This document shows, piece after piece, positions 1 to 10,147 of a DNA stretch of 51,955 nt (within the stretch, counting starts at the first letter, position 1; every line of letters begins with the position of its first letter). The DNA lies in contig MCFE01000623.1 of NCBI GenBank assembly GCA_002104905.1, forward strand, positions 1-51,955. The letters run 5' to 3'. The position numbers and the translations under genes were made by a program. Origin of the DNA: Basidiobolus meristosporus CBS 931.73 (lineage: Eukaryota > Fungi > Basidiobolomycota). The notes below the pieces were generated by a model. That model saw only the letters and a program-made list of their open reading frames with translations, was not told where the DNA came from and made no database searches.

Positions 1-200
1 GCTTGATCAACCATCGGGCAAAGTAAAGGCTCTGATTGGCTGAAATCCTTGAAATGCTAATTGGTCAGATTTGCCTAGTAAATTTGGCCAGTGATCGCCC
101 AGAAATTCATCTCAGTTCCCCCAGTCTACTGGCCATTCCGGCCACAATTCAGCTACCACAAACCAGTATAACTTAGCTCAGATATATTCAGATTCTCACT

Positions 201-328
201 TCTCAGGCCTGGCTTTCCAGGAAACCTCTCTCAGACCTAGCTAACTAGGAAATATAGTACCACTCAGCTTCTCAACCCTCAGACCTGGCTTACCAGGAAG
301 ATATCTCTCAGACCTAGCTTTCTAGGAA
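201..328 (+). repeat. Four short hairpin repeats (duplicated two-hairpin module)
   Basis: CCTGG-CTTT-CCAGG (208-221), CCTAG-CTAA-CTAGG (236-249), CCTGG-CTTA-CCAGG (284-297), CCTAG-CTTT-CTAGG (313-326). Each is preceded by CTCAG(A/G) and followed by AA. Confidence 0.85.
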
Positions 329-371
329 TAACTTCAGATTAACTTGGCTTCTTTAGATACTTGTCATAAGT

Positions 372-411
372 AAATAAAGATTTCACCACTTGGTGACTTT
401 CCTCCCCCTAA
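372..411 (+). repeat. Shared retroelement 3' terminal motif, copy 1 (AATAAA-GATTTCACC hairpin-oligo C-TAA)
   Basis: AAATAAAGATTTCACCACTTGGTGACTTTCCTCCCCCTAA. Related copies at 1297-1337, 3690-3731, 4445-4486, 4790-4823 and 5006-5048. Confidence 0.9.
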
Positions 412-1337
412 CAACCTCTCACTCTCAATTTCCAAGACAGTCCAATTGGGTGCACTACAACTATACAGAACACTAGCATTCTGCCACAACAAACTGCAAT
501 GTATCTAGGTCTGCCATTTTGTCAACATGGGATTGACTCAAAGCTCCACCTGAATAATAGGATCCGTCTTGCCCAACAGGCTCTCAAAAAGCTTCTAGTA
601 GTAGTCACTCCAGACACTCCAATTCAAAAGATCCCTATACTTCTGAAGCAGTATGTACTGCCGGTACTTGAATTTGGTCTCCACATTATACCCCTAACCT
701 CCAGAGAGCTTCACCGCCTGGATAAATTTCTCCATCAGTGTATCAGATCCTTGGTACCTTATCTTCCAGTATCTCCCTATATCCATGCAACTAATGGAGC
801 CTTTGGGTTCTACCCATACCAAATCCAAATGATCTATCTCCGTGCTTCCTTCCTAGTCAAACTTCAGAAATCTCATAACCCCTCCATCAAACAATGGCTT
901 GAATCTAACTCCTCCCTAAAATCTTCTTGCTGGCACAACCTGGTTGGCTCTGCTGTAGTAACAGAGTGTGCTTCAAAACTTCAAAAAGCTGAGAAACCAA
1001 GACTACTGGCTCAGGACCATCTAAGATCTATGTGGCAGAACTACTTACAAGTCCACACACCTTTCCTACTACACCTAATCCCAGGCTGGGTTCCAGTCGT
1101 GGATTATATTGATCAGAAACATCTACAATTTGTACTTCCCCCAAAACCCCTGAGTTTTATATTTACCCCTGATGAGCTTTACTTTATTGAAACAAACATT
1201 AGAGATGAAACAAAACATAAATTAGATTACTTATTAGAGAAGTTCTAGACCTCTTAATTGGCTTCTTTATTTGTACTTAGATTAGTTCTTAACTCAAATA
1301 AAGATTTCACCAACTTGGTGACTTTCCCTCCCCCTAA
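412..1337 (+). mobile_element. 5'-truncated non-LTR retrotransposon fragment (C-terminal RT/thumb region) ending in terminal motif copy 2
   Basis: ORF 499-1248 begins at the YLG motif and aligns with 2900-3657 (YLGL...LLKQYVLPVLEFGL vs YLGL...LLKHFVLPVLKFGL; LPPKPLS vs LPPLPLN). Confidence 0.85.
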
Positions 1338-3731
1338 GGACACTGAACCAAGCACATACTTTTGTTAAGATGCCAACTAAGTTGGGGATTGTAGCTCAAT
1401 AGTTTTCCCTTGACAAGCTTGTGGCTTTATTCCCCTTCACATTAGATTAGAGACAGAGCCCAAGTATTCCTAGCAAGCTTTTGCCAGAGGTTATTGCACC
1501 CAGTGAATACCCCACACACAAAACACTTGAGAAGTGTTGGATGTATCTCTCCCTGGGACCTATACACCACCACAACGCCATTGCAGCCTAATGATATTGC
1601 TAACTACTTGATGATTATCAGGTATCACACCAATCTACCCAGCTGTGTTGATACTGCATGGCTTTTTGTCAAGCATATGATATTGATTGCTGCTGCTTTG
1701 TCACTACCAACCAAATGCCCAACATCCCAGATGTGCCAGTGGCATAACATAGTATATGCACTGTCCCAGAGCTATTGTCAATTCCCTAACCCCTCACAGA
1801 AGAAGCTACTGGATGATGCAGTTGAATATGTGAAGCTTCAAAATCTTCAAAAACATGCATCCTACTGGAATTATATAATGCACTCTTTACCACTGAAGAA
1901 TGCTGCAGACACTACTAGAAGCATATCAAGAATACATGAAGCTCTACAGCCAGCTTCAGAAGATCTACCAAGTCCCAATCTTTTAGCTGCTGCTTTCTTT
2001 GTGCAAGACATATACAGCTCCAAGCCCTATATAGCTACTTCAAGAGATTGCTCTCACACAATTAACCTGGATGCAGCTACTTTAGAGGTAACTCTCTGTA
2101 AACTACCCAATAATACAGCACCAGGTCATGACAATATAACATATGAGATCTTGAAGCTGGCACCCACTGCTATGGCACATATATTGCTCCCATTCTATTT
2201 GCAGTGTACTTCACATGTGCAAATGCTGTTGGAATGGCGGTTGCAAAGGTGATTCCTCTATACAAAGGTAGAGGCTCAGCCAAACTGGCAGAATCCTATT
2301 CCCCTGTTTCCCTCTTACCAGCTTGCAGAAAGGTATTGGAACTGTTAATTGCATTGCAACTCTTATCTGGTGGCTTGTTCTTAGCAAGTCAGTTTGGTTT
2401 TATACCTAAAGTCTTGCTAGAAATGGCTGTTGTGCTAAGCCATGACCACACACTCTGTAACAAGTTTCCAGCAGTACTCTTGGATATTACCTGTGCATTT
2501 GATGCAGTTGACTGTAACTTTCTCTGGAGAAAACTTGAAGCTTTTGCCAGACCTTCAATTACAGCTCTTATCATGGCTTTATATCAGGACTCAAAGGCCT
2601 ACATTTTGCATCTAAATATGTAATCTACCACTTATGATGCTCCAAATGGGGTAGTGCAGGGATCTGTACTAGGCCCTCTACTATTTGCCATCTTTGTGAA
2701 CAACTTTGCTGCTGTGGAAGCCTCTGCACTTACAACTTTATGTGCAGATGATATTTGTATCTCTTCCAGTAATTTGGAAAAAGACTCTAACCTGATTGTC
2801 AGCTACCTTATACAAAACAATCTTAGTCTCTCAATGGCATAAACTAAGCCAGTTGGATGCAGTATCATGCTGAACTCTCAAACACTGCACCCAGCAGAAA
2901 CTGTCAGCTATCTAGGGCTTCTGTTTACTGTGTCTGGTCTGGATGTAAAGCTCATGTGTGGATGCAAATAGCACTTGCACGGCATGCTCTACACAAGTTA
3001 GTCTCTGTTACACCACCAGATATACCTTTGAGCCAATTTCACTTGTTACTCAAGCATTTTGTGCTCCCAGTACTGAAGTTTGGATTGGCAATAATGCCTA
3101 TTCTGACAAGATACCTGACAAAACTGGACAAGTTTGTTTCCCACAGCATTTATACTTTATGACCATGGCTCCCACCAACAGAGTATCACCATGCAGTCTT
3201 GGCAGCTTTTGGACTATTCCTGTATTCAATTAGGATTTTGTACCTCAATGCAAGACTACATATTCAACTCCAAAAATCAACAAACCAGCTAATACAAGCA
3301 TGGATCTCATGCAAGATGCTTGAAAATAACTCCTGTTGGGCAACTATCATTGGGTGCCCAAAAGTCCAGCAATTTGTCAAAGCAATAGAGGGGAGTAAAA
3401 ACCCCAAAGAAGCATATAGCCAGTATTTTAATCAACTTTGGCAAGAGTGTGTAATTCAGCAAACCCCATTTCTTTGCTTTATATCACCAATTAGCAAAAG
3501 CACATCACAATACATAGATCATAAGTTATTATTGCTAGTGCTACCACCACTCCCTCTCAACACTCTATTCAATGCAGAGGAACTACAAGAAGTAGCAACC
3601 TATCTACACATTAACCCAAAGTGTCTGTACAAATATGTTACAAGACTCCAGAATTAATCCCTGACTTCTTTATTTTCACAATGATTGACAATAAAGATTA
3701 CACCAACTGGTGGTTTCCTCCCCCCTAACCC
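1338..3731 (+). mobile_element. Degenerate non-LTR (LINE-type) reverse transcriptase element ending in terminal motif copy 3
   Basis: LINE RT motifs across frameshifted ORFs: APGHDNITYEIL, VIPLYKG, YSPVSLL, QFGF, LDITCAFDAVD, QGSVLGPLLF, CADD, YLG. Several stops and frameshifts. No endonuclease recognisable in the retained part. Confidence 0.9.
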
Positions 3732-4486
3732 TCTGCCTTTTCTGATCTGCAAGAATCTATTGTCCCTGTGCCAACTCTTCCTGTCAACAAGACTCCCCAA
3801 GAATCATCTGCTCCTGCTCACTCTTCCTACTCTGAAGCTGTCAAAAGCCTGTTCCTGCTTCCTCAAGATATCCTGCTGCTTCTCCCAAGACTAAAAGAAA
3901 GTTTCCAGCCACTTTTGATTTACCTCCTGCTACTGACTGGGCTGTCTGCTACTTTGCCAATGTGGAGTTTATTCCTATATCTGAGCATAGGATGTATTGC
4001 AAGCAACAAGGTTACAATTTATCCAAGATTGTTAACATGAAATTTATCAACCATCACACTCTGGAGGTAGTACTTGACAAAAGTATTGCTAAACAATTCT
4101 CTCAAAATGTTTCTGACCAGTTTTACTGGGAACCTACTGACCATGCCTTTAAAGAGTTTCCTGATTGTCCAGTTTATAAGACCTTCTCATTAGAGGAATC
4201 TCTGCTCACAAGATTCACTTCACTTATCAAAAACTCCCCTTCACCTGCTGTTACTCACTTCCTAAAAGATTATTATATCTCTCAAGCTTATCCACTTCAC
4301 TTACCCATGAACCTGAACTCCAGTGTACTCTGGGATACTGCCTTGACTTTAGCTTAGATTGATTCATATTCAACTTGGTGTTTACTTTGGAAATCTTCTG
4401 TTCCCAGCTGGCTTCTTTATTTATAGTTAGACTTGTCTGTAATCAAATAAAGATTTCACCTACCTTGGTGACTTTCCCTCCCCTAA
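3732..4486 (+). mobile_element. Retroelement-associated unit with a non-RT ORF (putative ORF1-like, frameshifted) ending in terminal motif copy 4
   Basis: ORF pieces 3768-3900 and 3962-4357 (SYSEAVK...YNLSKIVNMKFINHHTLEVVL...RFTSLIKNSPSPAVTHFL). CpG-depleted and closed by the same 3' motif. The ORF1 label is inference. Confidence 0.5.
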
Positions 4487-4508
4487 GTGACTTTCTCTCC
4501 CCTGCAAG

Positions 4509-4789
4509 TCTTAGAGAATGCTGACCAAATTCCTTGTTGGGATTTACTTAGAATATTCTCATAAAAGTATCAGGCACCCAGAACATGGAAATTCTCAAAG
4601 TTATCCAAACAGCCCCAAACTTTGCACACATGTTCTTGGATCCTTCCTAGGCCTATCCTACATGTTTGTTATCCCAAGATCATGTAAAAGTATAAACACT
4701 ACTTTTACATTCAATAAATCATTAGGTGAAAATCACAAAATCTACTTGTTTTCCCAATCACTTACTATATCTCCAAGACTCTTACAACA
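4509..4789 (+). mobile_element. 5'-truncated Copia LTR copy
   Basis: Matches the LTR at 46007-46338 and ends CTCTTACAACA directly against GATTTCACC of terminal motif copy 5. Confidence 0.9.
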
Positions 4790-4823
4790 GATTTCACCAC
4801 TTGGTGACTTTTCTCCCCCCCCC

Positions 4824-5048
4824 AAACCATTAATAATGTTGTTCACAATTTATCCTTATCCCTCTGGCTACCCCCTTCCCACTGAACCATGTCTTGAGCA
4901 CTGAAGTTCAATCATCTCTCCTTATTAACTTACCTACAAATTCCCCTCAGCTACACACTCTTGCATCAGAGCTACAACAGTAGTATTGCTTCTTTGTTTC
5001 AATTGAAATAAAGATTTCACCTCTGGGAGGTGGTCTCCCCCCCCCCCT
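4824..5048 (+). mobile_element. Third divergent RT C-terminal fragment ending in terminal motif copy 6
   Basis: Frame reads ATPFPLNHVLSTEVQSSLLINLPTNSPQLHTLASELQQ*, collinear (31 aa from PLN to stop) with LPPLPLNTLFNAEELQEVATYLHINPKCLYKYVTRLQN* at the end of ORF 3199-3657. Confidence 0.6.
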
Positions 5049-5063
5049 CAAATTTATAGACTG

Positions 5064-5109
5064 TAATCTAAGTGACCAAGTTAGGTGTATATAAGGTGTG
5101 ATTACAACA
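5064..5109 (-). mobile_element. Diverged 5' end fragment of the Copia LTR family
   Basis: Minus strand reads TGTTGTAATCACACCTTATATACACCTAACTTGGTCACTTAGATTA, similar to the LTR start TGTTGTAAAA...CACCTAACTTAGTCACTTAGATCA. Confidence 0.65.
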
Positions 5110-5761
5110 TTCACAATATCATATAGGCCAACACAAAACTAATCTTCCACTGATGAACTTGTAAACAAACCACCAACTTGGCACTTGCTACTACACTTTG
5201 AGTTATTGAAGTAAAATACTCATCTGTTGGTCATTGTCACAATCCCACTAACCCTAAACTGATTAAAGGTGTCCCAACTATATCTCTCTGGATTATATCT
5301 CCAGGCATAGCTTTGGACTAATTAGGCTTCTGTGCATATCTGCCCTAGACAATTAAAGAATTAGTCACTTTCTGACATTCATAGCCCTTGCCTTGACCCT
5401 GATTCAAACAGTGGTAGAGATATGCAATCCCTTAGCACTTTTCCATGACATAATTTTTGCATTATAATTCGTTGATAGCCTGTAAATTATCTTTGCTATT
5501 GCATTGAGAATTCCGAAAGACCCTAGGAATAAGTGTGATACATTACCAGTGTTAATTCTATATTGTAATGTCAGTACTTGATGGATCTTTTGCCGCTTAA
5601 TTCACTATCTCACTTCAAGTTCCAGAACCAAAAGATGAATTAATTGGCAGTGAGTTGAGATCACACGCTAATAAATTGCAAGCTAATCTGGTAGCTTAAT
5701 ATAATTTTTTATTGCATGACCATAGAGTATGCCTTAACTCTAATACATGGTGACTTTGCCG

Positions 5762-5770
5762 TATATATAA
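5762..5770 (+). promoter_or_regulatory. TATA box upstream of the secreted-protein gene
   Basis: TATATATAA about 35 nt upstream of the ATG at 5805. Confidence 0.5.
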
Positions 5771-5804
5771 GGAATCCTTATAGCATAAGTAACATACATC
5801 AATC

Positions 5805-6320
5805 ATGCGCTTCACTACATTCGCAACTATCGTCAGCTTAGTTACTCTTGAGTTAGTTGTTGCCGTTCCCTCTGGCTACACTTCATCCTCCGCCCAGCCT
5901 TTCAAGAAGGTCTATCTTCGCCGAGTACCATGCGGACAACAAAATACACCATGTTACCATAATACGAGAGCCTTTGTACTTCCATCAGCTCCAGTGGCGA
6001 AGGTACCATTGCTGAGACAGGTGTTCACCACGGTCACCCGGAAGCATGATAACGTGAATACTGCTCATGCAGAAAGCGGAAAAAGGCTGGATGTCAAGTA
6101 TCAAGCAGGCCCGAGCCTCGAGTTAGAGGGATCGGCTGGAGCCTCAGAGTATGCCAGGTTGAAGGGGGCTGAGCATCCTTACGTCTATACGCAGCCAACT
6201 GAGGATGTGGAGTACTCGGAGCCAGTGGAGGAAACCCAATGTGTTGAAGAATGCGCGAATGAAACTGAACAAATCACCGAGCCTATTGAAGAAACTCAAT
6301 GCAGTGAAGATTGTGCTTAG
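5805..6320 (+). CDS. Secreted protein of unknown function with an acidic Cys-containing C-terminal repeat
   Basis: 171 aa intronless ORF with a hydrophobic signal peptide (MRFTTFATIVSLVTLELVVA), the repeat EP(V/I)EETQC(V/S)E(E/D)CA twice, and a TATA box upstream. Confidence 0.8.
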   Translation: MRFTTFATIVSLVTLELVVAVPSGYTSSSAQPFKKVYLRRVPCGQQNTPCYHNTRAFVLPSAPVAKVPLLRQVFTTVTRKHDNVNTAHAESGKRLDVKYQAGPSLELEGSAGASEYARLKGAEHPYVYTQPTEDVEYSEPVEETQCVEECANETEQITEPIEETQCSEDCA

Positions 6321-6943
6321 TGGATGTGATTAATGGATATGATTGAATAAAGCTCTCGGGGATTTGAATGATAAGAAATGCGTGAATGACACAGTTGACA
6401 GAGCTGGACGCTTGTTTCTGCTATAGCCTTAACGCTTGGTCAGTAGCACTGATAGTAGCACAATAGCTACTGGCACACTTTCAGAATGCACTTTATCCCA
6501 GTGTTACGTAGCTTTGGAGGCCTAGAGTGCTTGCAGGTGGGTTACTATCATAGAGGACTATTTTTGTGGACATAGTGGGCGCTACCAATCATGCGCAAGT
6601 GATGGTTGATACCACCAACGCGCGGTACCATGTCCAAGTAAATATGTACAATGAAATATATTTCCGTAATTAGATAATCATCCAATCCCAGGGGGAAATA
6701 CTATAAGCAAATATTTCAACTAGGAAAATATACAATAATTTACATCTGCTATCCAACAACAAGCATTAAAAGCCAGTGAACAAGGTGGGGACGAGGAATA
6801 TATTACACGAACAATCAAGCAAATGGTATAAATTGCTGCTTGGGACTATGAGGGCGGAGATTAATGGCTGTGCGTAATAGGTGCAGATGAGGTTTGCAAT
6901 ATTGGGTCACAGTGAATGGTGGCTGAGGGGCTCGATTGTAAAA

Positions 6944-8104
6944 CTAATAAACAAGATCGTACTTGATCCATGGGTGGTCCAAGATTTCCTGGATAGTGAC
7001 CCTCTTCCGGTAGTCTTTCTCAAGCATACTATCCAGTAAATCCAGACAGGCGATGGAACTTCTGACTTTCGGATGTGTGTAGCTGTGATGAATGGCCTGT
7101 ACAGGATTGGCGAACGGTGTCTGTCCATATAGGATGGTGTACAACAGAACACCTAATGACCATATCTCAGCGGGCTCTGGACGGTATGCTTGACCAAGGA
7201 GAATCTCTGGGCTTGCGTAGGTTATGGTGCCACAAAATCGGTTGAGGTAGCAGTTGCGTCTTGGTAAGATAATCGACGAACCGAAATCAATCAATTTTAT
7301 GTTGTAATTGGAATCAATCACGATGTTTTCATCTTTGATGTCGCGGTGACACACACCCCTGCTGTGCAGATATCCAAGACAACTGACTAACTGCCGAAAG
7401 ATATGTTTAGCAATGTTCTCCGGAAGGCGGTTGCATTGTTCGATACATTCGAATAAATCACATGACATTTGTCTCTTGACTAACCGCGGGCGCTCTATTG
7501 GTGCAGGGTGCTCAGCGTATGAGATGTCACCTATATCAGTCACCTTCAACCCCCCCTTAACAGCAGGGGCCCACTCAGAGCCGTGATACTCCATGACAAG
7601 ATAAACGTACTGAGCATCTTCAAAGAAATCGAAGAACCGGACAATATTTTCATGTCGTAGGTTTTTCAGTAGATATACTTCCATTGGCATGTCACCAAGT
7701 TCTGCGTCATGCACCCAACTCTGAGGAGGGATTTTCTCTTTGAGTATGAATTTGATAGCCACTTCTTGATTATCTACTCGCCGGTAACCATTAGTGACGA
7801 AACCAAACCCACCACTGCCCAATTCGGCCCCGATTGAGTACTTTGTAAGGAACTCGCTTTTGAACTTATAATTCTTGAGTATCATCTGAACGGGGCTCGA
7901 GAGCGACCGCTCCGATTGATCATTGGACAGCTCTTGGCTCGAGTTTTCTGAGTGACGCTTGTTCTCCGAGCGAGAATTCTGATTGGAGTGAATAATATGT
8001 TCTAAGGAGGCAGAGTGGGCCAGCACCTGCGCTGCGATGTTGACGGAGAGCGTGGACGGAGGTAGAAGCGATTTACCTTGAAGGTTGTAGGACAGCATGG
8101 ACAT
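6944..8104 (-). CDS. Ser/Thr protein kinase, PAS-kinase/PIM-like (CAMK group)
   Basis: GSGGFGFV, VAIKFI, HRDIKDEN, LIDFGS, GTITYASPE, EIWSLG. HRDIKDEN and CDLFECIE are typical of PASK/PIM. First in-frame ATG at 8104 (the track ORF starts at a TTG). Confidence 0.9.
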   Translation of the reverse strand: MSMLSYNLQGKSLLPPSTLSVNIAAQVLAHSASLEHIIHSNQNSRSENKRHSENSSQELSNDQSERSLSSPVQMILKNYKFKSEFLTKYSIGAELGSGGFGFVTNGYRRVDNQEVAIKFILKEKIPPQSWVHDAELGDMPMEVYLLKNLRHENIVRFFDFFEDAQYVYLVMEYHGSEWAPAVKGGLKVTDIGDISYAEHPAPIERPRLVKRQMSCDLFECIEQCNRLPENIAKHIFRQLVSCLGYLHSRGVCHRDIKDENIVIDSNYNIKLIDFGSSIILPRRNCYLNRFCGTITYASPEILLGQAYRPEPAEIWSLGVLLYTILYGQTPFANPVQAIHHSYTHPKVRSSIACLDLLDSMLEKDYRKRVTIQEILDHPWIKYDLVY

Positions 8105-9011
8105 GTTGATGGAGAAGAATAAGGTAACAGGAGGGATTCTAAAGAATAATGAAGAGATCAATCTCCAAGATGTCACAAAAAGAAGACAGAAAATTTCAAG
8201 GCAGACAGTTGTTGAAGCGATTTGGGAGAACTCGATCCCCAAGGACTCTATTTAAATAAACACGGCCGCAATTTGGAGCAGAATGGGTAGTGCTATGAAT
8301 GCCGGTCTAAATAAGGTGATTGGATCGGAAAGTATTAGAAGGGCTAGGTACGCTAGGCTGAATGCATAGCCTTCGTGCCCTGGCAGCGCTTGACAATACC
8401 ATGGCATTTGTTGAGGAATGGGGTGATTACAAGGACCAAGGGAATTACAAATCGGGCGATTCCAAAGACAAGCTTGATTTCCCATCGAGTGAGTATAAAG
8501 ACAGGCATATAAGGAGAGCGCAGCCAGGAGAGACTTAAACAAAGGCAAGGAGATGCATAAAAGAGGAAATGGCTCCGGCTTAATGGTTTTGAATCATCCC
8601 TGTTTTGCACATCCAGTAGTGGGGAGCGGCGACATTCGCTGAGCGACAAAAAGCGCAACTGAAGTGGATGTCTCACAAATCAGTAGCATGACTTAATTGC
8701 TTGGGTCAGAACAAGTCTATCTGAGGCACTTGATGGATCTTGATGGAAGATTCTTGGTTGGCTGTTGGGGTAATCGGTGAGTAGGTGGGTGCGTGGGTGC
8801 GTGGGTGCGTGGATGATAACCTCCATGATGTCACTAGGATATGTTCACATACCCCTATTCCGCTTGGATGAGAAGTTGTAGGTGCCAGCTTCCATATTGG
8901 TGTTCTCCTGAGGAACTGCGGTGCCATGTAACAGGAAACCGATTCACTGTTTTAGCTGCGTTAAATGAACTGAAAGCATCTACAGATCGGTGTCTAGCAT
9001 CCGCGGCCGCT

Positions 9012-9278
9012 GGCCAATCAGCAGACTCATTGATTACTAGGGGAGATTGGCCAGTTCTGAATGGCTATTGCCCGATTTGTTACAATTAACCAGATGAATT
9101 GGTGTGTGTGGTGGCTTCATCGACAAAAGCATCACTGAAGAGCTTAGGGTCGGAGCCAGCTTACGATATTAAGGATAAGATTTGTAAATAATGATTGCCT
9201 TCTTCTGAAACACCCATCGCTGCTTTAAAGCGCTCCCCTCATGCTGGAGGGATGTTTTCATGTAGGAGGCTGATTGGC
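9012..9278. promoter_or_regulatory. Cluster of three CCAAT boxes
   Basis: GGCCAATCAG (9012-9021), ATTGGCC (9046-9052), CTGATTGGC (9270-9278), about 0.9-1.2 kb upstream of the kinase ATG. Motif match only. Confidence 0.3.
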
Positions 9279-9720
9279 AGGCAGGCCCAGTGGAGAATAG
9301 GCATTCCTCTGTATCTGGCCTGCTGTGGAGGGGCGGCGTCTTCCGGAGAGGCCTATGTGTGCATCGAACGTTTCTTGCCACGGAGGCGAGTCTTGATCAT
9401 CGGCGATAATATGCTCAGCAAAGCTTGGACCAGATCTCGGGACTAATTGAATTGGATTGACGAATGCTTTAGCAAATTGAATGATGCATGCTCTAGCACA
9501 AATGTTCTGGATGAAGACAGATTTCGAATAAAGTACTCGGCCATTTCATTTATTCGGGGTGATTGGTAACATTGCCCGGTGGACAGCTCATTTGTTCGAA
9601 AACCGTCAAGACGCATTTATCAAGGTGTGTGGACGCATTTATTGACTGAAATCGTTTAATATGAAGATTGACCGGTCTCGAACCGATGGTTTTGAATGGT
9701 AATCTTGGGCTAATGATCTG

Positions 9721-9793
9721 TAATGAAGTGGGATCTGTAAACCTCTAATGAAGTGGGATCTGTAAACCTCTAATGAAGTGGGATCTGTAAACC
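9721..9793 (+). repeat. Perfect 25-bp tandem repeat, about 2.9 copies
   Basis: TAATGAAGTGGGATCTGTAAACCTC repeated. Confidence 0.95.
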
Positions 9794-10147
9794 ATGAGTG
9801 GACTTTTGATCTGTGGACGCTACAACTTTTGTGTTGGCATAACCGTTCATCAAAGAAAGTAAATCGATCATCCTTCCTACATGACTGATAGCCAGTGGTT
9901 TTGCTTGTTCTGAAACTTCATTATTGCTTATTAACACTTTGCTTTCTTATTCTGTCTGATGAGGAACGCCTTGATTTCTCCTTCACCGCTCGATTCCCTT
10001 AGCACTGAGCACTATCTCCTGATTCACCCTTTCTTAAATGGGAATAAGACTTGGCATGCTATGCAGCAATTATCCTATTTTTGTTCTGTGCTGGTTTCAT
10101 TAGGCTCTCGTTACAAATCAATTATTAAAACAACTGTTTGACTTGTC

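Noticed and set aside
4518-4904. 128-aa ORF, and similar ORFs at 22027, 23204, 23562 and 48730 3' part
   Set aside because: They lie in LTR copies; frames are not conserved between copies and there is no protein signature.
1-5050. Penelope-like element or hammerhead ribozyme assignment for the left array
   Set aside because: RT motifs are LINE-type, and no CTGANGA...GAAA hammerhead core or GIY-YIG domain was seen by eye. A covariance search could still overturn this.
8252-8548. 98-aa hydrophobic Cys-containing ORF upstream of the kinase
   Set aside because: No in-frame ATG (TTG start with a stop just upstream) and no recognisable family; probably 5' UTR or intergenic.
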